Source: an uncultured Chloroflexia bacterium
Lineage (GTDB): Bacteria > Chloroflexota > Ktedonobacteria > Ktedonobacterales > JADMIN01
Assembly (NCBI GenBank): GCA_963718915.1
Contig: CAVRAI010000015.1
Span: 167,812-231,811, forward strand
DNA: 64,000 nucleotides
Direction of reading: 5' to 3'
Translations under genes and position numbers: made by a program
Notes under the pieces: generated by a model
The model's input: only the letters and a program-made list of their open reading frames with translations
Told to the model about the DNA's origin: nothing
The model's database searches: none
In this document: positions 19,315-28,816 of the stretch, piece after piece
Position numbering within the stretch: the stretch's first letter is position 1
Layout of the letters: every line of letters starts with the position of its first letter

Positions 19315-21078
19315 TCAGTGCTTCGCGATATAGCCCGACACCCAGGCATCGTTGGGGAAGAGGCCACGCGCATCCTCCACAAAATCGCCCTTGACCCATG
19401 TCCGCAATGCATAGTGATTCATCCATTGATACAGTGGGCAGATGGCGACGTTGTCGATCAGCAACTGCTCGGCCTGGTTATAGAGCGGGACGCGCTGCGC
19501 CATATCAGGCAGCGCATCGGCCTGGCGCATGAGGCCGTCGGCGGCGGGAACGGTTGTGCTGGTGTTCAGGGTATTATAAGGCGCGTCGCTGGCATAGAGC
19601 AGTGAGAGAAAATCCTGGGGGTCGGGATAATCAGCCGACCAGGAGAAGCGGTACATTTGATACTGATTCCGTATGCTCTCAGCAAAAATCGTATCGGGCG
19701 GCGGTTGCTGCGCTACAGAGACGCCAAGCGCCTGATGCCATTGCTGCTGATAGAGCGAGAGCGCCGCTCGTGTCATGTCGGACGCCCACGCTGTGGTGAG
19801 CCTGACCGTGGGGGCTTTCCCACCATGCGCCGCGAGATAGCGCCGCCAGTATTGTTGGGCCAATGGGACGTCCCCCGTCGTCGGCGCGCCGTCAACGCCC
19901 TTCAACTGGGCGTTGTAGCCATCCATCCCCTGCGGGACGAGATGCCAGCTCGGGAGGTTGAGACCCTGATACGCTTGCTGGTTGACGTCGTCGCGATTGA
20001 GCGCCAGACAAAACGCCTTGCGTGCGTTGAGATCATCGAAGGGCGCAATCTTCCAGTTGAATGCGACCCCTGAAATAATCAGCGCGGGTTGCTCGTGGTA
20101 ATACGTCTGTTTCTTCATCAGGCTCATGGCGGGGTCAGTGGACGAGATCGCCGTCCAGGCAATCGTGGGGTCGCTTCTGAACACGCTCGAATCACTCGTC
20201 TCTGCCCCTGACGTGACGAAGTCGACCTCGGTGAAGTGAGGCTTCTTACCAGCGTGTAGTCCCCACCAGTTGGGATTGGGCTTCAGTGTCAGGCGAGCAA
20301 GGGTATCTTGAGCACCCAGCTGCAATCCAGCAACATAAAACATGCCGCTGCCACCCTGCCCCGTTGCTCCCGTCGTCAGATTCTTGACCCAGGCGCCATC
20401 TTTGCCCAGGTCAGCGCCCGAGACAACCCCACGTTCGACGACGGAGGATAGGGGGTATGACAGCGCTGCCAGGAAGTAGCCCGCAGGCTGCGCCAGTGTG
20501 ATAGTGAGGGTGTTGGCGCTGTCGTTGGGCACAATGGAGTCGCCCTCCAGCGTCTTGATGGCGCCACTCGCCTGCCCATCGGAGCACTTTTCCGCGCTGA
20601 ATGCGCTGGCGTCTTTGATGGCAGCGAGATAGTACGCCAGCGGTGTCCCCAGACAGGGGCTGGCGGCGCGATCCATCGACCAGGCATAGTCAGACGGCTT
20701 GACCGGCGTGCCATCGGAGAAACGCTGGTTGGGACGGAGAGCGAATGTGTAGCTCAATCCGTCAGGGCTGATCGTCCACGAACTGGCTCCCCATGGCTCG
20801 ATGCGCTCGTTACGGTCGAGTGTCACCAGCCCATCGAAGAGCAGGCTGGTGGTTTGCGTAGTCAAGGGGTCATAGGCCTCGGTTGGGTCGAGGAACACAG
20901 TAAACTGTCCCCATGCGGCAGATGCGAAAGCCATCTTCAGCGTCTGGTCTTTCGTCATGTCAGATTGCTTCGCCTGCCAGGGAAGGTCGCAGCCAGTCAG
21001 CAGCAGCGTCAGCAGGCCAAACAACAGTGCGAGTTGGGCAAGCCGAGAACGAACCCTGTGTATGAGCATACCCATCAT
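19315..21078 (-). CDS. ABC transporter substrate-binding lipoprotein, family 5 (peptide/nickel type)
   Basis: Signal peptide with LLLTGC lipobox; 587 aa SBP_bac_5-like sequence. Confidence 0.75.
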   Translation of the reverse strand: MMGMLIHRVRSRLAQLALLFGLLTLLLTGCDLPWQAKQSDMTKDQTLKMAFASAAWGQFTVFLDPTEAYDPLTTQTTSLLFDGLVTLDRNERIEPWGASSWTISPDGLSYTFALRPNQRFSDGTPVKPSDYAWSMDRAASPCLGTPLAYYLAAIKDASAFSAEKCSDGQASGAIKTLEGDSIVPNDSANTLTITLAQPAGYFLAALSYPLSSVVERGVVSGADLGKDGAWVKNLTTGATGQGGSGMFYVAGLQLGAQDTLARLTLKPNPNWWGLHAGKKPHFTEVDFVTSGAETSDSSVFRSDPTIAWTAISSTDPAMSLMKKQTYYHEQPALIISGVAFNWKIAPFDDLNARKAFCLALNRDDVNQQAYQGLNLPSWHLVPQGMDGYNAQLKGVDGAPTTGDVPLAQQYWRRYLAAHGGKAPTVRLTTAWASDMTRAALSLYQQQWHQALGVSVAQQPPPDTIFAESIRNQYQMYRFSWSADYPDPQDFLSLLYASDAPYNTLNTSTTVPAADGLMRQADALPDMAQRVPLYNQAEQLLIDNVAICPLYQWMNHYALRTWVKGDFVEDARGLFPNDAWVSGYIAKH

Positions 21079-21201
21079 CCTTCCGGCGGACAGAGAGACG
21101 ATGCATTCGCGAAGGATACGTCACGCGGACATAATGTGTCATAGGACGGCACAATGCCCGCAACCTTTACACCGTGACGCGGAGAAATTTTTAGCAGCTA
21201 C

Positions 21202-21230
21202 TTGACGCGAACGTAAACATATTTCATACT
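21202..21230 (+). promoter_or_regulatory. Promoter candidate upstream of the MerR gene
   Basis: TTGACG-N17-CATACT about 100 nt upstream of ATG 21331. Confidence 0.25.
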
Positions 21231-21330
21231 TCGCCGTAGTGGCTGTCCATCATACGAGCCGCCATACGAGAGCGAGGCAGGTTTATCCATGGCGCTATCG
21301 TCCGCCGCTGCCACGTCAGATACGCCGAAG

Positions 21331-21702
21331 ATGTACACCATCGGCGACCTCGCCCGCGAGCTGGATGTCTCCACCCGCACCATCCGCTACTACGAGGAGC
21401 GCGGCCTCCTTAGTCCGCAGCGCACTATCAACACCCAGCAGCGCCTCTATACCCCCGGCGACCGCGTGCGCCTCAAACTGCTGTTGCGGGCGCGAGGTCT
21501 CGGCTTCCGGCTGGAAGACATCCGCGAGCTTTTCGAGATTTACGATGCGACCCACGATGAGAGACGCCAGGGGAAGCGGCTGCGCCAGATGATCGCCGAG
21601 CGGCTGGAACAGGTCGAGGCGCAACTGCGTGATATAACCGATCTGCGCGATGAATTGCGCGACGCGCTGGCGACGGTTGATCGCCAGATTCTGCCGGAAT
21701 AG
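21331..21702 (+). CDS. MerR-family regulator, LiuR-like by context
   Basis: MYTIGDLARELDVSTRTIRYYEERGLL HTH_MerR motif. First gene of the carboxylase cluster. Confidence 0.8.
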   Translation: MYTIGDLARELDVSTRTIRYYEERGLLSPQRTINTQQRLYTPGDRVRLKLLLRARGLGFRLEDIRELFEIYDATHDERRQGKRLRQMIAERLEQVEAQLRDITDLRDELRDALATVDRQILPE

Positions 21703-21744
21703 ATTGTCTCTCGATGCGCTCACGTCGTCGTGAGGGAGGACACC

Positions 21745-22590
21745 ATGCAGAGCATCTTTCGTCCCGGACTCTTCGCGGATCAGGTGATTGTCGTCAGCGG
21801 TGGCGGCACAGGCATTGGTCGCGCCACCGCCCGCGAACTGGCGGCGCTCGGCGCGCACGTCGTCATCTGCTCGCGCTCGCCGGAGCATCTGGAGCCAACC
21901 CGCGCGGAGATCGAGGCGGCGGGCGGCGCGGTGACGGCGCTGACCTGTAACATCCGCGACGCCGAATCCGTTGAGGCGCTCTTTGCCACCGTCGAGGAGC
22001 GGCTGGGACGCGCGCATGGGCTGGTGAACAACGCGGGCGGCCAGTTTATCAGCCCGGCGGAGGCGATTACCCCGAAGGGCTGGCATGCTGTCGTCGAGAC
22101 GAACCTCACCGGCGGCTTCCTGATGGCGCAGGCGGCGTTTCGCCATGGGATGCAGTCGCACGGCGGCGCTATCGTGAATATCGTCGCCGAGGTCTGGCGT
22201 GGCTTCCCCGGCATGGCGCATAGCGGCGCGGCCCGCGCGGGTGTCATCAATCTGACACAGTCGCTGGCGTTGGAGTGGGCGCGCTACGGCATCCATGTCA
22301 ACGCGGTCGCGCCGGGGATCATTGATTCGAGCGGCCTCAAGACGTATCCCGAAGCGGTGCGCGCGGGGCTGGCCAACATCGCCCGCGAGACGCCATCCGG
22401 GCGTATGGGAACGGAGGGCGAGATCGCCGCGTCGGTGGTCTTCCTGCTCTCGCCCGCCGCCGCCTATATTTCCGGCGCGACGCTCAAGGTGGACGGCGCC
22501 AGCTCGCTCTATCGCCTCCAGGGCTATGTCATCCCCGACCACGAGCCGTGGGAGACATATAGCGCATTTTCCGCTTCTGAGGAGGAGTAG
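21745..22590 (+). CDS. Short-chain dehydrogenase/reductase (AtuB-position SDR)
   Basis: VVSGGGTGIGRA Rossmann motif, NNAG, HSGAARAG. GAGGGAGGA RBS before ATG 21745. Confidence 0.8.
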   Translation: MQSIFRPGLFADQVIVVSGGGTGIGRATARELAALGAHVVICSRSPEHLEPTRAEIEAAGGAVTALTCNIRDAESVEALFATVEERLGRAHGLVNNAGGQFISPAEAITPKGWHAVVETNLTGGFLMAQAAFRHGMQSHGGAIVNIVAEVWRGFPGMAHSGAARAGVINLTQSLALEWARYGIHVNAVAPGIIDSSGLKTYPEAVRAGLANIARETPSGRMGTEGEIAASVVFLLSPAAAYISGATLKVDGASSLYRLQGYVIPDHEPWETYSAFSASEEE

Positions 22591-22651
22591 CGCATATCGT
22601 CATAGAGGTGATCATGCACCCGACGAACTGACTTCCAGAAGAGGAGTATGT

Positions 22652-23527
22652 ATGAGCGATCAACAGATGCCCGCCGCTGGCCACGTATCCCCGTTCGAGA
22701 GCATCCGCCGCACCGACGATGAGGGCCACGAATACTGGTCCGCGCGCGATCTATCCAGGGTGTTGGGGTATACGAACTGGCGCAATTTCAAGTATGCCAT
22801 CGAGAAGGCACGCATTGCCTGCGAGAATAGTAATCATGAGTCTTCGGATCATTTTGATGCTAGCATCAATATGATCGAGACCGGAAAAGGAGCGCGCCGA
22901 GAGATAGAAGACGTTCTCCTCTCGCGCTATGCCTGCTACTTGATCGTGCAGAACGCAGACCCTTCCAAAGAGATCGTGGCGCTTGGGCAGACCTATTTCG
23001 CGGTGCAAACGCGCCGTGCCGAAATCGCTGACGATGAACTCGCCGAACTGACCGATGACCAGAAGCGCCTGTATATCCGGGCGCAGTTGAAGGAACACAA
23101 TCGGCTGCTTGCGACAACGGCGAGTGACGCGGGAGTCGTCACCTCGAATGACTTTGCCATCTTCCAGGATCATGGCTATATGGGCCTCTACGGCGGGCTG
23201 AATGCCAGAGACATCCACACGCGCAAAAGACTGAAGAAGAGCCAACAGATTCTGGATCATATGGATAGCACTGAGCTTGCCGCGAATCTCTTTCGCGCGA
23301 CGCAGACCGAAGAAAAGCTGCGCCGTGAGAATGTTCAGGGAAAGTCAGAAGCAAATCAGACGCACTTCGCGGTTGGACGGAAGGTACGCCAGACGATTGA
23401 GGAGTTGGGAGGCACAATGCCGGAAGATTTGCCAACGCCGCCCAAGAGTATCAAGCAGCTTGAGCGCGAAGAGAAGCGGCGTGCCATATCCGATATGCAG
23501 CCATCACTCTTCCCTGAAGACCAATAG
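22652..23527 (+). CDS. dinD: DNA damage-inducible protein D (DinD)-like protein
   Basis: FESIRRTDDEGHEYWSARDLSRVLGYTNWRNFKYAIEKARIACENS...RYACYLIVQN...QTYFAVQTRR matches DinD family. GAGGAG RBS before ATG 22652. About 50% GC in a hand count. Confidence 0.7.
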   Translation: MSDQQMPAAGHVSPFESIRRTDDEGHEYWSARDLSRVLGYTNWRNFKYAIEKARIACENSNHESSDHFDASINMIETGKGARREIEDVLLSRYACYLIVQNADPSKEIVALGQTYFAVQTRRAEIADDELAELTDDQKRLYIRAQLKEHNRLLATTASDAGVVTSNDFAIFQDHGYMGLYGGLNARDIHTRKRLKKSQQILDHMDSTELAANLFRATQTEEKLRRENVQGKSEANQTHFAVGRKVRQTIEELGGTMPEDLPTPPKSIKQLEREEKRRAISDMQPSLFPEDQ

Positions 23528-23542
23528 AAAGAGCGCCTATCC

Positions 23543-23731
23543 ATGCAGCCTCAGCAGCCGACGACCGAACGAGACACACGACCCGCCGAGAAACAGCGCG
23601 ACGAGCAGCTAGCGACAGACGATAGCCACGAGATGCCGTGCCCGGTCTGCGGCGCGCCGATGCCCGATCTCAAGGGCGGCAAGGCGAGCATCTGTCTGGT
23701 CTGCGGCTTCAAAGACAGCTGTTGCTACTAG
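23543..23731 (+). CDS. Small zinc-ribbon protein
   Basis: CPVCGAPM...CLVCGF CxxC pairs. ORF only. Confidence 0.35.
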   Translation: MQPQQPTTERDTRPAEKQRDEQLATDDSHEMPCPVCGAPMPDLKGGKASICLVCGFKDSCCY

Positions 23732-23743
23732 AAGGCTTGACCC

Positions 23744-25354
23744 ATGTCCATCCTGCCCACTACCGTCGATACCCGCAGCGCCGAGTTCCAGCGGAACACG
23801 GAGGCCATGCGCCGCCTGCTGGACGAGTTCGAGGCGCGCCAACGACAGGCGCGCCAGGGTGGCAGCGAGCGCGCCCGCCAGCGCCACATCGCGCGTGGCA
23901 AGTTGCTCCCCCGCGAGCGCGTCGAAATGCTGCTCGATCCGGGTACGCCGTTCCTGGAACTGAGCACGCTGGCGGGCTGGGATATGTACAATAACGAGTC
24001 GCCCGCTGGCTCCGGCATCAACGGCATCGGTGTGGTGAGCGGCGTCGAGTGTATGGTCACCGCCAACGACGCGACCGCCAAGGGTGGGGCGAGTTACCCT
24101 ATCTCGGTCAAGAAGGCGCTGCGGGCGCAGGAAATCGCCGCGACCAACCATCTCCCGTGTATCTATCTGGTCGAGTCGGCGGGCGCTAATCTGCTCTATC
24201 AGGCGGAGTTATTCGCCGATCTTGGCGGGCGCACCTTTGCCAACCAGACGCGCATGTCGGCGGCGGGCATCCCGCAGATCGCGCTGGTCTTTGGCAACTC
24301 GACGGCGGGCGGCGCCTACATCCCCGGCCTCTCGGACTATACTGTGCTGGTGAAGAAGCAGGCGAAGGTCTTCCTCGGTGGGCCGCCGCTGGTGAAGATG
24401 GCGACCGGCGAGGAGGTGGACGACGAGGCGCTCGGCGGAGCGGAGATGCACACCCGTGTCTCTGGCCTGGGCGACTACCTCGCCGAGGATGACGCCGACG
24501 CCCTACGCATCGGACGCGAGATCGTGGCGCGGCTCAACCGGCGCAAGGAGATACAGGCGCAGATGGCGACGCCAGAGGAGCCACACTACGACCCCGAGGA
24601 GCTGCTGGGCATCATCCCCGCCGACCCGCGCCAGCCGTTGGAGATCCGCGAGGTAATCGCGCGACTGGTGGATGGCTCGCGCTTCGAGGAGTTCAAGCGC
24701 GACTTTGGCCCGACGCTGGTCACCGGCCATGCGCATATCAATGGCTTCCCGGTGGGTATTCTCGGCAATAACGGTGTGCTCTTCTCCGACTCTGCCATGA
24801 AGGCGGCGCAATTCATCCAGCTCTGCAATGTCTCGCGCACGCCACTGATTTACCTGCAAAACATCACCGGCTTCATGGTGGGCCGTTCCTACGAGGAGGA
24901 GGGCATCATCAAGCACGGCGCCAAGATGATCAACGCCGTCGCCAACTCCACGGTGCCGCAGTTCACGGCCATCGTCGGTGGCTCGTTTGGCGCGGGCAAC
25001 TATGCCATGTGTGGGCGGACCTACGATCCGGCGCTGCTCTTCGCCTGGCCCAACAGCCACATCGCCGTGATGGGCGCGGAACAGGCGGCGGGCGTGCTGG
25101 CCATCGTGCAGGAGGATGCGGCGCGCGCTCGTGGCGTCGAGCCGGACCGCGCGCAGATCGAGATGATGCGGCAGGCGGTGCGGCAGAAGTTCGACGTCGA
25201 GGCCTCGGCCTATTACGCCACGGCGCGGCTCTGGGATGACGGTATCCTCGATCCACGCGAGACACGGATGGCGCTGACGGTCGGCCTCTCGATGTCGTAT
25301 AACCGCGACTGGGTGTCGCAGGGCGCGCCACGCTACGGCGTCTTTCGCATGTAG
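23744..25354 (+). CDS. Acyl-CoA carboxylase carboxyltransferase (beta) subunit, methylcrotonyl-/geranyl-CoA carboxylase type
   Basis: 536 aa. GKLLPRERVEMLLDPGTPFLELS and GGAYIPG motifs of the MccB/AtuC family. Confidence 0.9.
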   Translation: MSILPTTVDTRSAEFQRNTEAMRRLLDEFEARQRQARQGGSERARQRHIARGKLLPRERVEMLLDPGTPFLELSTLAGWDMYNNESPAGSGINGIGVVSGVECMVTANDATAKGGASYPISVKKALRAQEIAATNHLPCIYLVESAGANLLYQAELFADLGGRTFANQTRMSAAGIPQIALVFGNSTAGGAYIPGLSDYTVLVKKQAKVFLGGPPLVKMATGEEVDDEALGGAEMHTRVSGLGDYLAEDDADALRIGREIVARLNRRKEIQAQMATPEEPHYDPEELLGIIPADPRQPLEIREVIARLVDGSRFEEFKRDFGPTLVTGHAHINGFPVGILGNNGVLFSDSAMKAAQFIQLCNVSRTPLIYLQNITGFMVGRSYEEEGIIKHGAKMINAVANSTVPQFTAIVGGSFGAGNYAMCGRTYDPALLFAWPNSHIAVMGAEQAAGVLAIVQEDAARARGVEPDRAQIEMMRQAVRQKFDVEASAYYATARLWDDGILDPRETRMALTVGLSMSYNRDWVSQGAPRYGVFRM

Positions 25355-25394
25355 TAGATGGGCAGTGATGGCGTAATGCTATAAGGAGGCGGCG

Positions 25395-25763
25395 ATGATC
25401 GATGCGGTGAATCTGGCGCAGAAGCTGACGCTTTTCCAGGAGTACTGGAGTCCGAAGGTCGTCGGCGAGCTAAATGACAACTATCTCAAAGTGGTCAAGG
25501 TGAAGGGCGAGTTCGTCTGGCATAAGCACGACGAGGACGACGAGCTATTCCTGGTGCTGAAGGGGCGGCTGGTCATTCAGCTGCGCGACCAGGATATCAC
25601 GCTCAGTGAGGGCGACTTCGTCGTTATTCCCAAAGGCGTCGAGCATCGGCCCGTCGCCGCAGACGAGGCGCACATCCTGCTGATCGAGCCAAAGACCGTC
25701 GTCAATACTGGAGACGCTACCGACGCGCGCACCATCGCGCCAGATGATCTATCGAAGATATAG
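25395..25763 (+). CDS. Cupin-domain protein
   Basis: WHKHDEDDELFLVLKG...IPKGVEHRP cupin motifs. Confidence 0.7.
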   Translation: MIDAVNLAQKLTLFQEYWSPKVVGELNDNYLKVVKVKGEFVWHKHDEDDELFLVLKGRLVIQLRDQDITLSEGDFVVIPKGVEHRPVAADEAHILLIEPKTVVNTGDATDARTIAPDDLSKI

Positions 25764-25774
25764 CAGCGCCTCCT

Positions 25775-25833
25775 AGCCCGCGCAGGCGGGCTTTGCGGCC
25801 AACGGCCCGTAGGCGCGGCTTTAGCCGCCAGCC
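25775..25833. repeat. Intergenic double-hairpin repeat, family R1, copy a
   Basis: agcccgcGCAGgcgggct...gcggcTTTAgccgccagcc. Similar copies at 27137-27198, 29866-29933, 50797-50864, and inverted at about 50678-50750. Confidence 0.85.
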
Positions 25834-25852
25834 ATTGTGGCGAGGATGAATC

Positions 25853-27025
25853 ATGAGCAACAATCTCTATTTCACCGATGAACACGAGATGTTCCGCCAG
25901 ACGGTGCGGCGCTTTGTGGACCAGGAGATCAATCCCCATGTGGACGAGTGGGAGGAGGCGGGCATCTGGCCTGCGCATGAACTCTTCGCCAAAATGGGGC
26001 CGCTCGGCTTCCTCGGCCTGACCTACCCCGAAGAATACGGCGGCCAGGGACTCGACTTCTGGTACACCACCGTCTTCTGCGAGGAGTTGGCGCGCATCAA
26101 CTGCGCGGGTGTCCCGATGGGCATCTCGGTACACACCGATATGTGTACGCCCGCACTGGCACACCACGGCTCGCATGAGTTGAAGAAACTGTTTCTGGAG
26201 CCGAGTATTCGCGGCGACATGGTCGGCTGCATCGGCGTGACTGAGCCGGACGCTGGGTCGGATGTCGCGGCGATTCGCACGCGCGCTGAATCCGATGGCG
26301 ACGACTGGGTGATTACCGGGCGCAAGCTCTTTATCACCAACGGCACGCAGGCCGACTGGGTCTGTCTGCTGGCGCGCACCAGTGATGAAGGCGGCTTTCG
26401 CGGCATGTCGCTGATTATGGTTCCAACGAAGACGCCGGGCTTCACGGTCAGCCGCAAATTGCGCAAACTGGGCAACTGGTCGAGCGATACGGCGGAACTC
26501 ATCCTGGATGGCGTGCGCGTGCCGAAGTCCAACACCATCGGCGCAGAGGGGATGGGCTTCATCCTCCAGATGCAGCAGTTCCAGCGCGAGCGGCTCGTCG
26601 GCGCGATCCTCGCCTGCAACCAGTCGGAGCGTATCGTCCGCGACACCATCGCCTATACCCGCGAGCGCCAGACCTTCGGCCAGCCGCTGATCGACAACCA
26701 GGTGATCCACTTCCGCATGTGCGAGCTGCTGACCGAGATCGAGCTGCTGCGTCAGTTGAACTACCACTGCGTCCGCATGATGGTGGCGGGGCAGGATGTG
26801 ACGCGCGAGGCGTCGATGGCGAAGCTGAAGGCGGGGCGGCTTGCCCGCGAGGTGGCCGATAGCTGCCTGCAATATTATGGCGGCATGGGCTATATGGAGG
26901 AGACGCCGATCTCGCGCGCCTTCCGCGACTCGCGGCTGCTCTCGATTGGCGCGGGCGCCGACGAGGTGATGCTGGGCATCATCGCCAAGCTCGAAGGCAT
27001 TCTTCCGGGCAAGAAGAAGAACTAG
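25853..27025 (+). CDS. Acyl-CoA dehydrogenase (isovaleryl-/citronellyl-CoA dehydrogenase type)
   Basis: 390 aa. GVTEPDAGSDVA and YYGGMGY motifs. Confidence 0.9.
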   Translation: MSNNLYFTDEHEMFRQTVRRFVDQEINPHVDEWEEAGIWPAHELFAKMGPLGFLGLTYPEEYGGQGLDFWYTTVFCEELARINCAGVPMGISVHTDMCTPALAHHGSHELKKLFLEPSIRGDMVGCIGVTEPDAGSDVAAIRTRAESDGDDWVITGRKLFITNGTQADWVCLLARTSDEGGFRGMSLIMVPTKTPGFTVSRKLRKLGNWSSDTAELILDGVRVPKSNTIGAEGMGFILQMQQFQRERLVGAILACNQSERIVRDTIAYTRERQTFGQPLIDNQVIHFRMCELLTEIELLRQLNYHCVRMMVAGQDVTREASMAKLKAGRLAREVADSCLQYYGGMGYMEETPISRAFRDSRLLSIGAGADEVMLGIIAKLEGILPGKKKN

Positions 27026-27060
27026 GGATAACGGCTGTAGGGGCGCTTTCGTGTAAGATG

Positions 27061-27259
27061 GGCGCGCCGCAGGCTGAAGCCCTACGGCTAATCCTGGCCT
27101 TTCGGCGCCGTAGGCGATGGCGAGCATGCTTGTAGCAGCCCGCGCAGGCGGGCTTTGCGGATGCGCAGCATCCCTTAGGCGCGGCTTCAGCCGCCAGCGC
27201 TAATCTGGTCGTTCCAGCATTGCGTAAGATTAGCCGCGGCATTCATGCCGCGAAGGTGG
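27061..27259. repeat. Composite repeat locus: R3 (27061-27096) + R1 (27137-27198) + R4 (27228-27259)
   Basis: Each module recurs elsewhere in the window (see findings). Confidence 0.8.
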
Positions 27260-27375
27260 ATTATCACTCACCTTGCCCTGTTTGCCGCGAACCCGGACTA
27301 TTATCATACTCGCCAGCACCGGGCGTGTCTGGTTCCTCTCTTCCAGTGGGGGAGGGGTTAGGTGAGGGGGTAGTC

Positions 27376-28737
27376 ATGCTGCGCATCGGCTCCGCTGAGG
27401 GATTCTATGGCGACGACGTGACGCGCGCCCTGCCGATGATCGAGGGCGGGCATGTCGATGTCGTCTGCTTCGAGGCGCTCTCGGAACTGACGCTGGCCAT
27501 CTTGCGGCGTGACCAGATGCGCGACCCTACGCGCGGCTATACTCGTGACATTGACGTGATCGCCGAGCGTATCCTCCCGCTGGCCTTCGCACGCAAAATC
27601 CCGCTCATCACCAATGGCGGCGGCCTCAATCCCACAGGCGCGGCGGAACGCGTGCGGGCGACAGCGAAACGTCTGGGGCTGGACGGCCTGAAAGTCGCGA
27701 CTGTCACTGGCGACGATGTGCTGCTACGCTTGAGTGAGCTGGTAGCGGGTGGCGAGCCGTTGGCCAACATCGAGACGGGCGAGCCGCTGACACTCTCCGG
27801 CCCGCCCATTGTCACGGCCAACGCCTATCTGGGCGCGCTCCCCATCGCCGAGGCGCTGCGTCAGGGCGCCGATATCGTCATCGCCGGGCGCGTGGCCGAC
27901 CCGTGCCTCTACCTCGCGCCGATGCTGCAACGCTTCGGCTGGGCGGCGGACGACTGGAATCGGCTGGCCAGCGGCATCATCTGTGGCCATCTGCTCGAAT
28001 GCACCGGGCAGGTGGTCGGCGGCAACAGTCTGGCGCTGCTGGACGAGATGACGCCCGCCGCGCTCGCGCATCCCGGCTATCCCATCGCCGAGGTCGAGGA
28101 CGATGGCGGCTTTGTCGTCACCAAAACGCCGGGAACACCGGGGCGTGTCAGCGTCGAGACAGTCAAGGAGCAGCTGCTCTACGAGATGCACGATCCGGCG
28201 GCCTACATCACGCCCGATGTCGTCGCCGACGTGACGACGCTCCACCTCAGCGACGATGGCCTCGACCGCGTGCGTGTCACGGGCGTGAGCGGGCATCCGC
28301 GTACCGACTCACTCAAGGTGAATATCGCCCGGTTGGAGGGCTACAGCCGCGAGTTGCTCTTTCTGCTGGGCTGGCCCACCGTCTGGCGTAAAGAAGAGCA
28401 GTTGCGCGGCATGCTGGCCGAGGCATGGCAGGGGCTGGCGATCACGCGCGTCGAGTACACGCATCCGGGACTCGATAGCCTCTATGGACCGCTGGAGCCG
28501 CCGCCCGCTGATCCGCTGGAGCTGGTAGCGCGCGTCATGTTCACGGCCAACGACCAGGAGACGCTGAAGACGGCGGTGCGTCGCGCGATGGCGCTGGGCC
28601 TGTCTGGCCCGGCGGGGATGTCGGTCTCGGGCACGTCGGTGGGCGCCGACCCGCGCCCACTGCTGGGACTCTGGCCCGCGCTAGTGCGTCGCGAGCTGAT
28701 CGAGCCGAGGATTCACGTTGAGGTGAGGGAGGTATAA
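27376..28737 (+). CDS. AtuA-like acyclic terpene utilisation protein (DUF1446)
   Basis: MLRIGSAEGFYGDD...FEALSELTLAIL...ANAYLGA...GHLLECTGQ typical of DUF1446. ATG 27376; the track start 27220 runs through repeats. Confidence 0.8.
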   Translation: MLRIGSAEGFYGDDVTRALPMIEGGHVDVVCFEALSELTLAILRRDQMRDPTRGYTRDIDVIAERILPLAFARKIPLITNGGGLNPTGAAERVRATAKRLGLDGLKVATVTGDDVLLRLSELVAGGEPLANIETGEPLTLSGPPIVTANAYLGALPIAEALRQGADIVIAGRVADPCLYLAPMLQRFGWAADDWNRLASGIICGHLLECTGQVVGGNSLALLDEMTPAALAHPGYPIAEVEDDGGFVVTKTPGTPGRVSVETVKEQLLYEMHDPAAYITPDVVADVTTLHLSDDGLDRVRVTGVSGHPRTDSLKVNIARLEGYSRELLFLLGWPTVWRKEEQLRGMLAEAWQGLAITRVEYTHPGLDSLYGPLEPPPADPLELVARVMFTANDQETLKTAVRRAMALGLSGPAGMSVSGTSVGADPRPLLGLWPALVRRELIEPRIHVEVREV

Positions 28738-28816
28738 AGAGCGAAGGTGGTGGTAGGAGCCGTTTCACGGCATGATGTCGTTTTAGAAATTGCGACGGAG
28801 ACGGGCATTGCGGTGG

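Noticed and set aside
22295-22651. N-terminal 119-aa extension of the DinD-like ORF
   Set aside because: The extension overlaps the 3' end of the SDR gene in another frame and is Arg/Pro-rich. A strong RBS precedes ATG 22652, where family similarity begins.
25577-27127. 516-aa minus-strand ORF. Similar long antisense ORFs at 30863..32365, 21316..22542, 5747..6655, 8545..9276 and 12040..12669
   Set aside because: Each lies opposite a gene with clear family motifs, has an Arg-rich low-complexity translation and has no RBS. They are GC-driven open frames, not genes.
27220-27375. Upstream extension of the AtuA-like ORF
   Set aside because: It runs through the R4 repeat and has no similarity to the family. 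The family-typical start MLRIGSAEGFYGDD begins at 27376.
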